The notes under the pieces were generated by a model. That model did no database searches, was not told where the DNA came from, and worked only from the letters and a program-made list of their open reading frames with translations. A stretch of 64,000 nt of DNA from Octopus bimaculoides (lineage: Eukaryota). The stretch spans positions 57,882,127 through 57,946,126 of the forward strand of contig NC_068983.1 in assembly GCF_001194135.2 (NCBI RefSeq), in the 5' to 3' direction. The position numbers were made by a program, and so were the translations under genes. Below are positions 35,907 through 48,482 of this stretch, piece by piece (within the stretch, counting starts at the first letter, position 1; the number at the start of each line of letters is the position of its first letter).

Positions 35907-37269
35907 TATACAGTAATCTCTCAACTATTGCAGATGTAACATTCCAAAACCTCTATGATAGATGAAAATCTGTGAAGTAGAAATAGTACTGTACTGTATA
36001 TTTTTTTTATTTGTATAATTTGTATATATTTATTTTATTATAAATGCAAAACAACACTACACACTCACCTCCCGGGTTTCGTTTCCCATACAGCAGGTGC
36101 GATTCTTTGTTTACTCATCTAGGGTACTCTACGTATATTCTTTTAATATATTTTAATTACTGTTACACAGTTCAATACTCTACTGTATTTTTATTAATTA
36201 ATTTATTCATTTTTAGGGGCAAAAATGCTAATTTTACCAAGGAAATAATTAAAATCTAAAAAATATAAGTACTTATTGGGTGCAGAATCCTGCAATGAAC
36301 CCAGAACTATGTGGTTGGGAAGCAAGCCTCTTACCACACAGCCACACCTGCGCCTATNNNNNNNNNNNNNNNNNNNNNNNNNNNNNNNNNNNNNNNNNNN
36401 NNNNNNNNNNNNNNNNNNNNNNNNNNNNNNNNNNNNNNNNNNNNNNNNNNNNNNNNNNNNNNNNNNNNNNNNNNNNNNNNNNNNNNNNNNNNNNNNNNNN
36501 NNNNNNNNNNNNNNNNNNNNNNNNNNNNNNNNNNNNNNNNNNNNNNNNNNNNNNNNNNNNNNNNNNNNNNNNNNNNNNNNNNNNNNNNNNNNNNNNNNNN
36601 NNNNNNNNNNNNNNNNNNNNNNNNNNNNNNNNNNNNNNNNNNNNNNNNNNNNNNNNNNNNNNNNNNNNNNNNNNNNNNNNNNNNNNNNNNNNNNNNNNNN
36701 NNNNNNNNNNNNNNNNNNNNNNNNNNNNNNNNNNNNNNNNNNNNNNNNNNNNNNNNNNNNNNNNNNNNNNNNNNNNNNNNNNNNNNNNNNNNNNNNNNNN
36801 NNNNNNNNNNNNNNNNNNNNNNNNNNNNNNNNNNNNNNNNNNNNNNNNNNNNNNNNNNNNNNNNNNNNNNNNNNNNNNNNNNNNNNNNNNNNNNNNNNNN
36901 NNNNNNNNNNNNNNNNNNNNNNNNNNNNNNNNNNNNNNNNNNNNNNNNNNNNNNNNNNNNNNNNNNNNNNNNNNNNNNNNNNNNNNNNNNNNNNNNNNNN
37001 NNNNNNNNNNNNNNNNNNNNNNNNNNNNNNNNNNNNNNNNNNNNNNNNNNNNNNNNNNNNNNNNNNNNNNNNNNNNNNNNNNNNNNNNNNNNNNNNNNNN
37101 NNNNNNNNNNNNNNNNNNNNNNNNNNNNNNNNNNNNNNNNNNNNNNNNNNNNNNNNNNNNNNNNNNNNNNNNNNNNNNNNNNNNNNNNNNNNNNNNNNNN
37201 NNNNNNNNNNNNNNNNNNNNNNNNNNNNNNNNNNNNNNNNNNNNNNATTTATATTTATATTTATATATA

Positions 37270-37686
37270 TTATCATCATCATCATCATTTAATGTCTGCT
37301 TTCCAAGCTGGCATGGGTTGTACGGTTTGACTGAGGGCTGGCGAGCCAGAAGGCTGCACCGGGCCCCAATCTGATCTGGCAAAGTTTCTACAGCTGGATA
37401 CCCTTCCTAATGCTAACCACTCCGAGAGTGTAATTATATTTATACACACACACATACAACGGGTTTCTTTCAGTTTCCATATACAAAATCCACTTGCAAT
37501 GCTTTGGATGGTCCAAGGCTATAGCAGAAGACACTTGCCCAAGGTGGCATGCAGTGGGACTGAACCCAGAACCATGTGGTCAGCCCATGGCTATAGTAGA
37601 AGACACTTGCCCAAGGTAGCATGCAGTGGGACTGAACCCAGACCCATGTACTTAGATAGCAAGTTTCTTACCAAACAGCCACACCT
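37270..37686 (-). mobile_element. SINE C fragment (37270-37430) and SINE A 5' half with an internal tandem duplication (37455-37686)
   Basis: ggctatag.agaagacacttgcccaaggt.gcatgcagtgggactgaacccaga occurs twice. Confidence 0.8.
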
Positions 37687-38064
37687 AGATAGGATTTCTT
37701 TATATTGAAAGAAAGAAACCTGATGTTAACAGAAATTGATTGAAAAGAAACCACAGTGGAAATAGAAAAAACTATTAAAAGGATGTGAAGGCAGATTGAT
37801 TAGGATAATAAGATGGTATTAAAAAAAGACGATGTTTGCTTTTATCTGTAAAGAAATAATTATTTACAGACAAGAAGATAATTACTCCGAGAGAAAAGAG
37901 TTTGGATAAGAAATAAACACAGAATAAGTAAATAGGAAAATGATAGACACAACTAATATCTTCTCATGGGTATTTTTCATCTTGTACTTGGTTCAGTTAT
38001 TGGACTGTGGCCATGGTGGACACTGCCCTGAATGGGGTTTGGTCAAACAAAACAACCTCAGTAC

Positions 38065-38312
38065 ATCATCATCATCATCATCATCATCGGTTAACATCCG
38101 TTTTCCCCTGGTGGAATGGGTTGAACAGTTTGACTGAGGTCTGGAGAGCCAGGAGGCTGTACCAGGCTCCAATCTGATCTGGCAGAGTTTCTACAGCTGG
38201 ATGTTCTTCCTAACGCCAACCACTCCGAGAGTGTAGTGGGTACTTTTTACATGCCACCGGCACGGGGGCCAGCCAGCAGGTACTGGCATCAACCTTGTTT
38301 GGATGGTGTTTT
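38065..38312 (-). mobile_element. SINE-like family C
   Basis: accaggctccaatctgatctggcagagtttctacagctggatg...cactccgagagtgtagtggg. Confidence 0.8.
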
Positions 38313-38626
38313 TACAGGGTGCTTCGTTATGGAAGTGCAATATACCATAAGGTATACTAAACGTTTTTATAAGTCAGTACCACGTTCTACTGTGTCAGCA
38401 GTGCTCTTACATTATTTTGTTAAGGTTATTTCTACAGATATTCTCTAGAATTTATACTCAGCACTGATTTCTGCTACATTTCGTATCAAGACATCAGATG
38501 TAAACAGACAAATTGATCGAAGATAAAAGTAAGCAATGAGTGTATATGCCATATTTCAGGGATTGTTGCTCCTTCATCAGCACCCATCTTCATCAGCACC
38601 CACTCTTATCTCTGAACACATTGCTT

Positions 38627-38780
38627 ATATTATTTACATTATTTATATTTGACGATTATTTGTCCTCATCTTGTTTGTTGTTAACACAATGTTTTGGCTG
38701 ATATACCCTCCAGCCTTTATTAGGTGTCTTGGGGAAATTCAAACCTGGGTTCTCATTCCTAAGGTATTTTTCCGATGTTG

Positions 38781-38831
<51 letters not shown>

Positions 38832-38921
38832 GGGTCACTGCCTAGAATTGTGCATATGGTGTAGCGGTTAAGATGCTCAGGCTACTAACCCCAAGATTCT
38901 GAGTTCAATTCAAGGCAGTGA

Positions 38922-38958
<37 letters not shown>

Positions 38959-39122
38959 CATCATCATAATAATAACATCGAAAAATACCTTAGGAATGAG
39001 AACCCAAGTTTGAAATTTCCCCAAGACACCTGATGAAAGCTGGGGGGTATATCAGCTGAGATGTTGTGCTAACAACAAATAAGATGAGGACAAATATCTG
39101 TCAAATGTAAATAATGTAAAAA
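38627..39122. mobile_element. Family E as a ~500-bp palindrome: tail(-), (TTA)n, partial head(-), head(+), (AAT)n, tail(+)
   Basis: 38627-38790 is the reverse complement of 38975-39122; tRNA-like head at ~38855-38925; both hammerhead cores are mutated. Confidence 0.85.
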
Positions 39123-40762
39123 CTATATATTCAGCATAAAAAAGTAATAAGCACATCCTTTTTGGTGACTCCAGCTTCCCAAATACGAAATATATGACAG
39201 AGTTGGTAAATATAAATGAAACAATGTACAGACACATCAAGAGGGAAGCTGAGAAAACGTTGCGTAAGCATGACACAGATCTTTTTACATGACAATAATA
39301 TGGTTATTATAGTTTATGACTAACAGACTAACGTGTCTGTGTGTAGTGACAAGGACTTAAAAGCAAACGTTTCTGATAGTGTAATCAAAGACTAGAAACG
39401 GAAACCCATACCCTTGAAAACCAGAACATTAAACGATGTAATTAAATATTACAAAACGTTATAACTGCAGATTTACTGATATTGATGCAATCTACCGCTA
39501 TTTGTCATTCACTGCCCTTGGAGCTTATTATCATTATTATTATTATTATTGTTATTAAGATGATGATGATGATGGGGGGGGGTGCTGATGATGATGATGG
39601 TGATGATGGTGGTGATGATAGAGGTGCAAGTGTGACTGTGTGGTAAGAAGCTTGCTTCCAAACCACATGGTTCTGGTTTCAATCCCAGTGCATGGCAACT
39701 TGGACAATTTTATTCACATGTCTATGGTTGATGTGATGCCATGTTGCTAAGGTAGAAGACAGATGCACAATATGCTACACAGTCAAATTGAACCAAAAAC
39801 CTGCTGGTTACAAGACCAACTTCCTCACTACACAGACATGGTTATGCCTGGTGTGGTTAGAATTTTGATGAAAATTGATTTGTAGAAAAAAAAAAAACAG
39901 GTGAATGAAATATTATTAAACTTGCGCCTAATATCATACAAAATTTCCTTTCCTTTACACGATATTAAAAAGTGAAAAAAAAAAGAAAAAGAAATATAAA
40001 AAAATTGTAATGGAAGAATTTTTATATTTTCTGCTAGACATAGCAATTAAAAATATATAAACACGATCACTCAAGTATGTTACTGCACAGTGAATAGAAA
40101 AAGAAATATTCAGTGTTTTAAATAGAGTCCACGCCAATGAAAGTTTTTCATTGAAATATTAGTTATTTCATCTCCTTGGAGCCTGCTAATACACCTCAAA
40201 TATTAATAATAACAACAACAATAACAACAACAACAACAATAATAATAATAATGATAATAATAATAATAATAATAATAATTTTATTATTATTATTATTAGT
40301 AGTAGTAGTAGTAGTAGTATCATCATCATCATCCTCAGCATCATCATTATTATTATTATCATAAAAGAAATCATTAAAATATAAAAGGAATTGTTATTAT
40401 TATTATTATTATATGGTATCTGTTCACCCATCCATACCAGTAGCTACCTTAAATTAATGTGCTTATATCTAACTAAATTAAAGTTTTTTTTACATAACTG
40501 CATTTAAATAATAGTGACTAATGCTAAACTAATTTTCTGTTAAACAATATTCCAGCTTCAGTTTGGAATATAACACAAGTAATTATAATATATTATTGAC
40601 TAATGAGTACGAGTTGGCTAATTGCTTAGCAAAAACCGGCTAAGTATTTTTCATTTCACTAAGATCAATGTGTTTAGCTGCATAGAATAAACTTATTAAT
40701 TCCAAGTAGAAAAAAGTTCTGGGTTTTCTTTTGTTTTTTATTCATTTTTTTTTCTTTTGCAG

Positions 40763-40810
40763 TCAGGAGGGAGAAATATGCAGGCTTGATTAGAGAAAAT
40801 ACAGGAAAAG
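40763..40810 (+). CDS. Weak candidate micro-exon (phase 1-1), xRREKYAGLIRENTGK
   Basis: Long polypyrimidine acceptor ttttttttcttttgcag; weak donor AAG|gttaaa; one open frame. Confidence 0.2.
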
Positions 40811-41049
40811 GTTAAAAGTCTTTTGCCAGAGAAAATAAATGGGAGTGATATGATTGAAATGAAATTAAGATGATCTCAAGAAATAAAAGATGAAATAATA
40901 AAATTTTAAAAAATGGTTTCAGTCTTATTTTTGCATGATACTTTCAAGTAATTATAGAGTTGAGATTCTTCAGAGGCAGGTTTAAAACAGAAGATAAATT
41001 GAAAATAGACACTGAATTCCAATTTCTCTGCATGCTAAAATAACCATTC

Positions 41050-41236
41050 TAGCATGAAACAGCGGTGGGAGGGGGGTGGAGAAAAGAAACAGACAAGCAA
41101 AAAAAAATATTAGGAAAAGGAAAAAGAAAAAAATTGCAAGGAGGAGGAGGAGGGGGACGGGAGAAAAAGAAGGAAGAGGAAGAAAATGATGATAAAAACA
41201 GCAATAACAAGGAGAAGGAGTAAATAATGATAATTA

Positions 41237-41267
<31 letters not shown>

Positions 41268-42250
41268 AAGAACAACAACAACAACAACAACAACAACACA
41301 AAAAAAGAACAACAACAACAGCAAGAAGAAGAACAACAACAACAATAAAGAAGAAGAACAACAACAACGACAACAACAAAGTAGAAGAAGAAGAACAACA
41401 ACAACAACAACGACAACAACAAAGTAGAAGAAGAAGAACAACAACAACAACAACGACAACAACAAAGTAGAAGAAGAAGAAGTAGAAGAAGAAGAAGAAG
41501 AAGAAGAAGTAGAAGAAAAAGAAGAAACCAAAAGAGATAAATGAGACAGCAAGATGTAATAGAATTAAATAAGTGAAGGAAAGAAATGAAGATGTAGAGA
41601 AAGAAGTAATTGAGAAGAAGTTGGAGAGAAGAAAAGGAGATTTTTTGTATTTAAGAAGAAAAAGAAGAAAGAGAGCAAAAAGAAATAAAATTGAAAGAGA
41701 AAAGAAAAGGAATGAATGTGAGATAGAAATATGAAAGTTTAAAAATATAAGGAAAGAGGTAAATGAAATCAGAAGAAGGAGAGGATGAAGAAAAATTTAT
41801 GAATTAAAGGAGAATGAGAATTAATTGAGCAAAGTAGAAATATCACTGAATGAGGAAAAAATAAGAAGAGAAAGATTGCACAAAGTGTGATGTATGTAGG
41901 AAAGAGTATGAGATAAAAATGTGAAAGAATCAGATGAACGAGAAAGCAGAGAAAGATATCTGGAAAAACAGAAGAATATGTTAAAGAAAAAAGGAAAGAG
42001 AATGAAGTTGAAAGTTGAAGAAGATTTAAAAATCACTAGATGTAGAAGGAGTCGTGGAAGTGAAGGAAAAAAATAAGCAGTGGAATGATTAAGAATAAAT
42101 AGAGTAAAAACATAAATTCAGAGAAGAGGCAGTAAAAAAAAAAAAATCATGCATGAAGATAAAAATAAAACAAAAAAAAAAAAAGAAAATAGAAGAGAAA
42201 TTTTCTTGAAGTAGATTCACCATACATGGAATGTCTAAAAGTGTTTGAAG
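41050..42250 (+). repeat. Purine-rich low-complexity tract with (GAA)n/(CAA)n blocks
   Basis: Direct observation. Confidence 0.85.
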
Positions 42251-42678
42251 AGATGCCATCACAAACTGGGCATGTTGTTGTGTTGTAGGAAACAGATAAA
42301 GAGAGAATTGTTCATGGTTGGCAAGCTCTATTACATGTACATTGAGACCATTGGAGTGGAGGACTGAATAAATGTAGGCGTTTTATAGTGTGTGCATGGA
42401 GCTGTGTACATAGAAAATAAAAAGATTGTGAAGAGTCCAAATAACGGATAGGAGACATAAAACTTATGCATCAGAGAGAAATTATACTTGTGTTTTGGTT
42501 GTCACTGGTAGAATATAAGTACAGCAAGAAGGGAAATAAGTCAATAGATTTATGACAATGGTTCTCTACCAGGGTCCGTATAACCCTTGGGAGCCCAGGT
42601 AGGATTTTGTAGTTAAATCTTATCTGCAATAAATTGTTTTAATAGAAGAAAAAATAAGACGAATAAACAATTACATAC

Positions 42679-42840
42679 GAGTGGCTGTGTGGTAAGACGT
42701 TTGCTTCCCAACCACATTGTTCGGAGTTCACTCCCATTGTACCACCTTAAGCAAATATCTTCTGCTATAGCTTCAGGTTCACCAAAGCCTTCTGGGGGAA
42801 TTTGGTCGACAAAAACTGAAAGACGGCTGTAGTATATATA
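42679..42840 (+). mobile_element. SINE family A, 5' half, decayed
   Basis: gagtggctgtgtggtaagacgtttgcttcccaaccac. Confidence 0.75.
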
Positions 42841-42847
42841 TACATAT

Positions 42848-42905
<58 letters not shown>

Positions 42906-43757
42906 CTATATCTATCTATNNNNNNNNNNNNNNNNNNNNNNNNNNNNNNNNNNNNNNNNNNNNNNNNNNNNNNNNNNNNNNNNNNNNNNNNNNNNNNNNN
43001 NNNNNNNNNNNNNNNNNNNNNNNNNNNNNNNNNNNNNNNNNNNNNNNNNNNNNNNNNNNNNNNNNNNNNNNNNNNNNNNNNNNNNNNNNNNNNNNNNNNN
43101 NNNNNNNNNNNNNNNNNNNNNNNNNNNNNNNNNNNNNNNNNNNNNNNNNNNNNNNNNNNNNNNNNNNNNNNNNNNNNNNNNNNNNNNNNNNNNNNNNNNN
43201 NNNNNNNNNNNNNNNNNNNNNNNNNNNNNNNNNNNNNNNNNNNNNNNNNNNNNNNNNNNNNNNNNNNNNNNNNNNNNNNNNNNNNNNNNNNNNNNNNNNN
43301 NNNNNNNNNNNNNNNNNNNNNNNNNNNNNNNNNNNNNNNNNNNNNNNNNNNNNNNNNNNNNNNNNNNNNNNNNNNNNNNNNNNNNNNNNNNNNNNNNNNN
43401 NNNNNNNNNNNNNNNNNNNNNNNNNNNNNNNNNNNNNNNNNNNNNNNNNNNNNNNNNNNNNNNNNNNNNNNNNNNNNNNNNNNNNNNNNNNNNNNNNNNN
43501 NNNNNNNNNNNNNNNNNNNNNNNNNNNNNNNNNNNNNNNNNNNNNNNNNNNNNNNNNNNNNNNNNNNNNNNNNNNNNNNNNNNNNNNNNNNNNNNNNNNN
43601 NNNNNNNNNNNNNNNNNNNNNNNNNNNNNNNNNNNNNNNNNNNNNNNNNNNNNNNNNNNNNNNNCTTGGGAGCCCAGGTAGGATTTTGTAGTTAAATCTT
43701 ATCTGCAATAAATTGTTTTAATAGAAGAAAAAATAAGACGAATAAACAATTACATAC

Positions 43758-44155
43758 GAGTGGCTGTGTGGTAAGAAGCTTTCTTACCAAGCAGATGGTT
43801 CTGGGTTCAGTCCCACTGCGTGACACCTTGGGCAAGTGTCTTCTATTATAGCCTCGGGCCGACCGAAGTCTTGTGAGTGGATTTGGTAGATGGAAACTGA
43901 AAAAGCCCGTCGTATATATACATATATCTATGTGTGTGTGTGTGTGCGTGCGTTTGTCCTTCCACCATCGCTTAACAACCGATGTTCATGTGTTTTCATC
44001 CCTGTAACTTGGCAGTTCGGCAAAAAAGACCGATGGAATAAGTACTAGGCTTACAAAGAATAAGTTCTGGTTGGTGGGGGGTCGATTTGTTCGGATATAG
44101 GCGATGCTCCAGCATGGCAGCAGTTAAATGAGTGAAACAAATAAAAGAATAAAGG
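43758..44155 (+). mobile_element. SINE family A, near-complete
   Basis: Match over the full length. Confidence 0.9.
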
Positions 44156-44724
44156 ACAATGGTTAAAAGTCTAATTAAATATTATTAATCGGAAGAGTTA
44201 ATTAAAAATATTGCACCAAATCAATTTCTATCTTCAATTTTCGTTAGAAAAAAAAAACAGTATCCTTATAGTAGCAGACAGGTTTCAAGCAAGCCATTTA
44301 GAATTAAATTCAATTTTGCTTGGAAGATGTGGGTATAAATATTAAATATAATCCTTACGTTTATAGCTTTTATACAATATCAGAGAGAAAGAGGAGCAGC
44401 GATCATGTTGGGTGGAAAGGTCTTATTTTGTTCACTACGCAATTGTTTTTGCACTTAGTTTATTATTCTGTTTCGCTAATGAGCCATCAAACGTAGGCGT
44501 TTTGCAATTAGTTGGTTCTCATTAAGTATTCTGAGCAATATACACCGTTTGCCATTTTGCCTCTACTGGCATCTAAGATTACGAATGGAGCATGTCATTT
44601 CTCGTGTGTGCATCTAGAGTTAACTATCTACATATTTGCACAAACGTACGCACACGTGATTGTGTGTATATATAGTTTACATAACAAACGCACCCACACA
44701 TACATACACACACATGCACATGCC

Positions 44725-44762
<38 letters not shown>

Positions 44763-44961
44763 NNNNNNNNNNGATATACAGGGCAGGGAATCGTCAATTT
44801 TTTTACTCTTCTCTACTGTTTTCTGTTCTGTGTGTATCAAAAATATCGCTATCAATTTAGAGTAAAATTTGTAGTTTTGGAATCAGTAGTTCTTTGGCTG
44901 CTATTTCTGAATTCTCAGTATGTTGGAGAAGCAGGTTACTGTCAATCCCTATATATTTATG

Positions 44962-44999
<38 letters not shown>

Positions 45000-45221
45000 C
45001 ATGGGTTTTATAAAACTTTTAAGCACTATAAAAGAACATCAAGGTAAGATTTACATTAATATCTTGTATTACATAATGTGACATCATAATAAAATAGTAG
45101 GATTGTTGTAAGAAAATAGAAACCTAAAATTGAATTATTTTCGAGTATACACATGTTCACATGATATAAATTATCCAATGGATAAATGCCTGAAATTTGT
45201 CTTCTTGAAACTTGAACCTGT

Positions 45222-45445
45222 ACGGCAAGCTGGCAGAAACGTTTTGCACGCCGAACGAAATACTTAGCGGTATTTCGTCGACCTCTACGTCCTGAGTTCA
45301 AATTCCGCGGAGGTCGACTTTGCCTCTCATCCTTTCGGGGTCGATTAAATAAGTACCAGTTACGCACTGGGGTCGATATAATCGATTTAATCCGTTTGTC
45401 TGTCCTTGTTTGTCCCTTTTGTGTGTAGCTCCTGATGTGCAGTAA
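45222..45445 (+). mobile_element. SINE family B, young CpG-retaining copy
   Basis: caagctggcagaaacg...gagttcaaattccgcggaggtcgactttgcc...tacgcactggggtcgatataatcg. Confidence 0.9.
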
Positions 45446-45569
45446 CGAAATAGGAAACTTGGACTTGTACACCTCTAATGTATAACAAACTAATTTTAAA
45501 TATAATACTTTAAATATAACACATTAATTTACTCTAGATTGCGTCAGTACACGACTATTTTTACATTTG

Positions 45570-46005
45570 CATAACATATGATAATGATACCTTCCAGAAG
45601 GAGAAAGTTTGGAATGGTGGAGGCACAGTTCCCAGATGAAGCCACAGTCAGGCGACACTTGGCAACCCCACTGAAAACCGAGGAGGTAATTTTTCTACCC
45701 ATATACCAGGGTAAAGGTAGAAGATATATCACCAGAAATGAATATAGCCTGGCTGGTGGCAGCGAAACTACTGGGCTTGGAGGATAAAATAGCGGTCCTC
45801 CAAGCCACTAGCATTGCCCACAGAAATTGGCAGGAGTAGACCCTGAATATGGAGGTTCAGGCAGACCCGGGAGACCTCGAGGAAATAACGGAAACAATTA
45901 TGGTAAATGAGATAACGCTCAGGGTCAGAGTGGAGAGCAGGACCCCTCGTTGCTACAAATATAGCGAAAAAAAGCTACATTAGAGTAGAATTCCCAAAAA
46001 GCCAC
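45570..46005 (+). pseudogene. Decayed L1/Tx1-like ORF1 (gag-like) with zinc-knuckle remnant
   Basis: KFGMVEAQFPDE...IAWLVAA...LRVRVESRTPRCYKYSEKSYIRVEFP resembles an RRM followed by a decayed CCHC knuckle. Confidence 0.5.
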
Positions 46006-46029
46006 ACGAAGCGCCACCGTGTGAAAAAG

Positions 46030-46825
46030 AAACTGCAGCTCAACTGTCTCGTAAATGATGTCCTATCTGAATCTCAATGTGGCTTCCGATCTGGTAGAGG
46101 GACAATGGATATGATTTCCACAGCAAGACAGATGCAGGAGAAGTGCTATGAGCAGAATATGGATCTTGTCCAGGTATTCATTGATCGAACAAAGGCTTTG
46201 ATACTGTAAATAGGGCCTTTCTATGGAAAATACTTGGCAAACTTGGGTGTCCGGATTACTTTGTATCTATAATTAAATCATTTCATGATGGGATGGAGGC
46301 TTGGGTTAATGTTGGTGATGGCATGGCTGGACCCATTCCTGTAGAGAATGGTGTCAAGCAGGGTGACATCGTTGCCCCAAATCTCTTTTCTTTGTACTTT
46401 GCTGCTGCTTTTACTCATGCTTTTGTTAAGGTTAGCTCTCTGGGAATTTATGTCAGATATCGATCTTCTGGCCGCCTCTTTAATCTTCGCCGATTTGCTG
46501 CCAATTCAAAGGTTCTCCAGTCTATTATTCGTGACCTCCTTTATGCAGATGACTGTGACTTAATCACTCATACAGTGGATGACATGTAAATACTCATGAA
46601 TTGCATTTCTGCTTCTTGCAAGGCATTTGGACTTGGCATTAGCCGGGACAAGACTGTTGTAATGTTCCAGCCTGCACCAGGAAATCTATATGTGAAACCA
46701 GCTATCTTGGTTGAAGGAACAATTCTGAAGGTAGTAGATAAGTTTTTCTACCTGGGCAGCACACTCAGCCGTTTTTGCTTCCTGGATGAGGAAATATCTT
46801 TCAGGTTGCAGAGAGCAACTAATTC
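46030..46825 (+). pseudogene. RTE-clade LINE reverse-transcriptase fragment (frameshift and stop)
   Basis: LSESQCGFRSGRGTMDMI...QEKCYEQN...GVKQGDIVAPNLFSLYF...RLFNLRRF...DLLYADDCDL...FGLGISRDKTVVM...FFYLGSTLS. Confidence 0.92.
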
Positions 46826-47016
46826 CGGATATATCTCCAACAATAATAACTCTTTGCTAGAGTGGACCATGGTGCCCCATATATGACTAAAAGACTTCAC
46901 CAGGTAATGCTATTAAGTTAGACATGGCCTGGGCCTATACTGCCCGAAACCTATCAAAGTTATATATATGTATATATGTGTATATATATATGTATGTATA
47001 TATACATATGTATATA

Positions 47017-47079
<63 letters not shown>

Positions 47080-48180
47080 TTCTGTGTGTGTGCATGCATA
47101 TATGTGTGTGTATATATGTATGTATATATATGTATATCTATGCATGTATTTATGTATATATGTATGTATAATATGTATGTATATATGTATATATATGCAT
47201 ATATACATATACATATATATATANNNNNNNNNNNNNNNNNNNNNNNNNNNNNNNNNNNNNNNNNNNNNNNNNNNNNNNNNNNNNNNNNNNNNNNNNNNNN
47301 NNNNNNNNNNNNNNNNNNNNNNNNNNNNNNNNNNNNNNNNNNNNNNNNNNNNNNNNNNNNNNNNNNNNNNNNNNNNNNNNNNNNNNNNNNNNNNNNNNNN
47401 NNNNNNNNNNNNNNNNNNNNNNNNNNNNNNNNNNNNNNNNNNNNNNNNNNNNNNNNNNNNNNNNNNNNNNNNNNNNNNNNNNNNNNNNNNNNNNNNNNNN
47501 NNNNNNNNNNNNNNNNNNNNNNNNNNNNNNNNNNNNNNNNNNNNNNNNNNNNNNNNNNNNNNNNNNNNNNNNNNNNNNNNNNNNNNNNNNNNNNNNNNNN
47601 NNNNNNNNNNNNNNNNNNNNNNNNNNNNNNNNNNNNNNNNNNNNNNNNNNNNNNNNNNNNNNNNNNNNNNNNNNNNNNNNNNNNNNNNNNNNNNNNNNNN
47701 NNNNNNNNNNNNNNNNNNNNNNNNNNNNNNNNNNNNNNNNNNNNNNNNNNNNNNNNNNNNNNNNNNNNNNNNNNNNNNNNNNNNNNNNNNNNNNNNNNNN
47801 NNNNNNNNNNNNNNNNNNNNNNNNNNNNNNNNNNNNNNNNNNNNNNNNNNNNNNNNNNNNNNNNNNNNNNNNNNNNNNNNNNNNNNNNGTAACCGACAAA
47901 GATGTCATTATTGAGAAAAAAACTTTATTTATATTTAAAGACATTTTTGATATAGTATCTTGCACATTTATTTTCTACTTCCAATGCAATAATGCAGTAA
48001 CATTCACATAACAATTCTAAATATATAAATGTATAACAGGAAATATGTGTGAATAGAAATTATTATAGGATTTCCCTTATCATTGTGCTTTATGTATATA
48101 TACATGGGTCTGCGAATTTAAGTATGTATGTATGTATGTATGTATGTATTTATGCATTTATTTATACATATATATATATA

Positions 48181-48482
48181 TCTTATCTTATGCGCCCTTT
48201 TAAAGCCTAGCCAGGCTCGTGGGCCCGGTTTCCCGGTTTTTATGGCGTATGTCCCCCCACCCTAGCAGCTGGACGGGACGCCAGTCCATCGCAGTGTTAC
48301 TCAAGAAACAGGAAGAAAGAGTGAGGGAAAGTTGGGGCGAAAGACTACAACAGGGGTCGCCACCACCCCCTGTCGGAGCTTTAAGTGTTTTCGCTCAATA
48401 AACATACACAACACCCGATCTGGGAATCGAAACCGCGATCCTCCAACCGCGTGTCCGCTGCCCTGACGCCATTGCGCGTCCA
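48181..48482 (-). mobile_element. SINE family D (tRNA head, V-domain-like core)
   Basis: gctggacgggacgccagtccatcgcag; head ...ggatcgcggtttcgattcccagatcggg. Confidence 0.85.
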
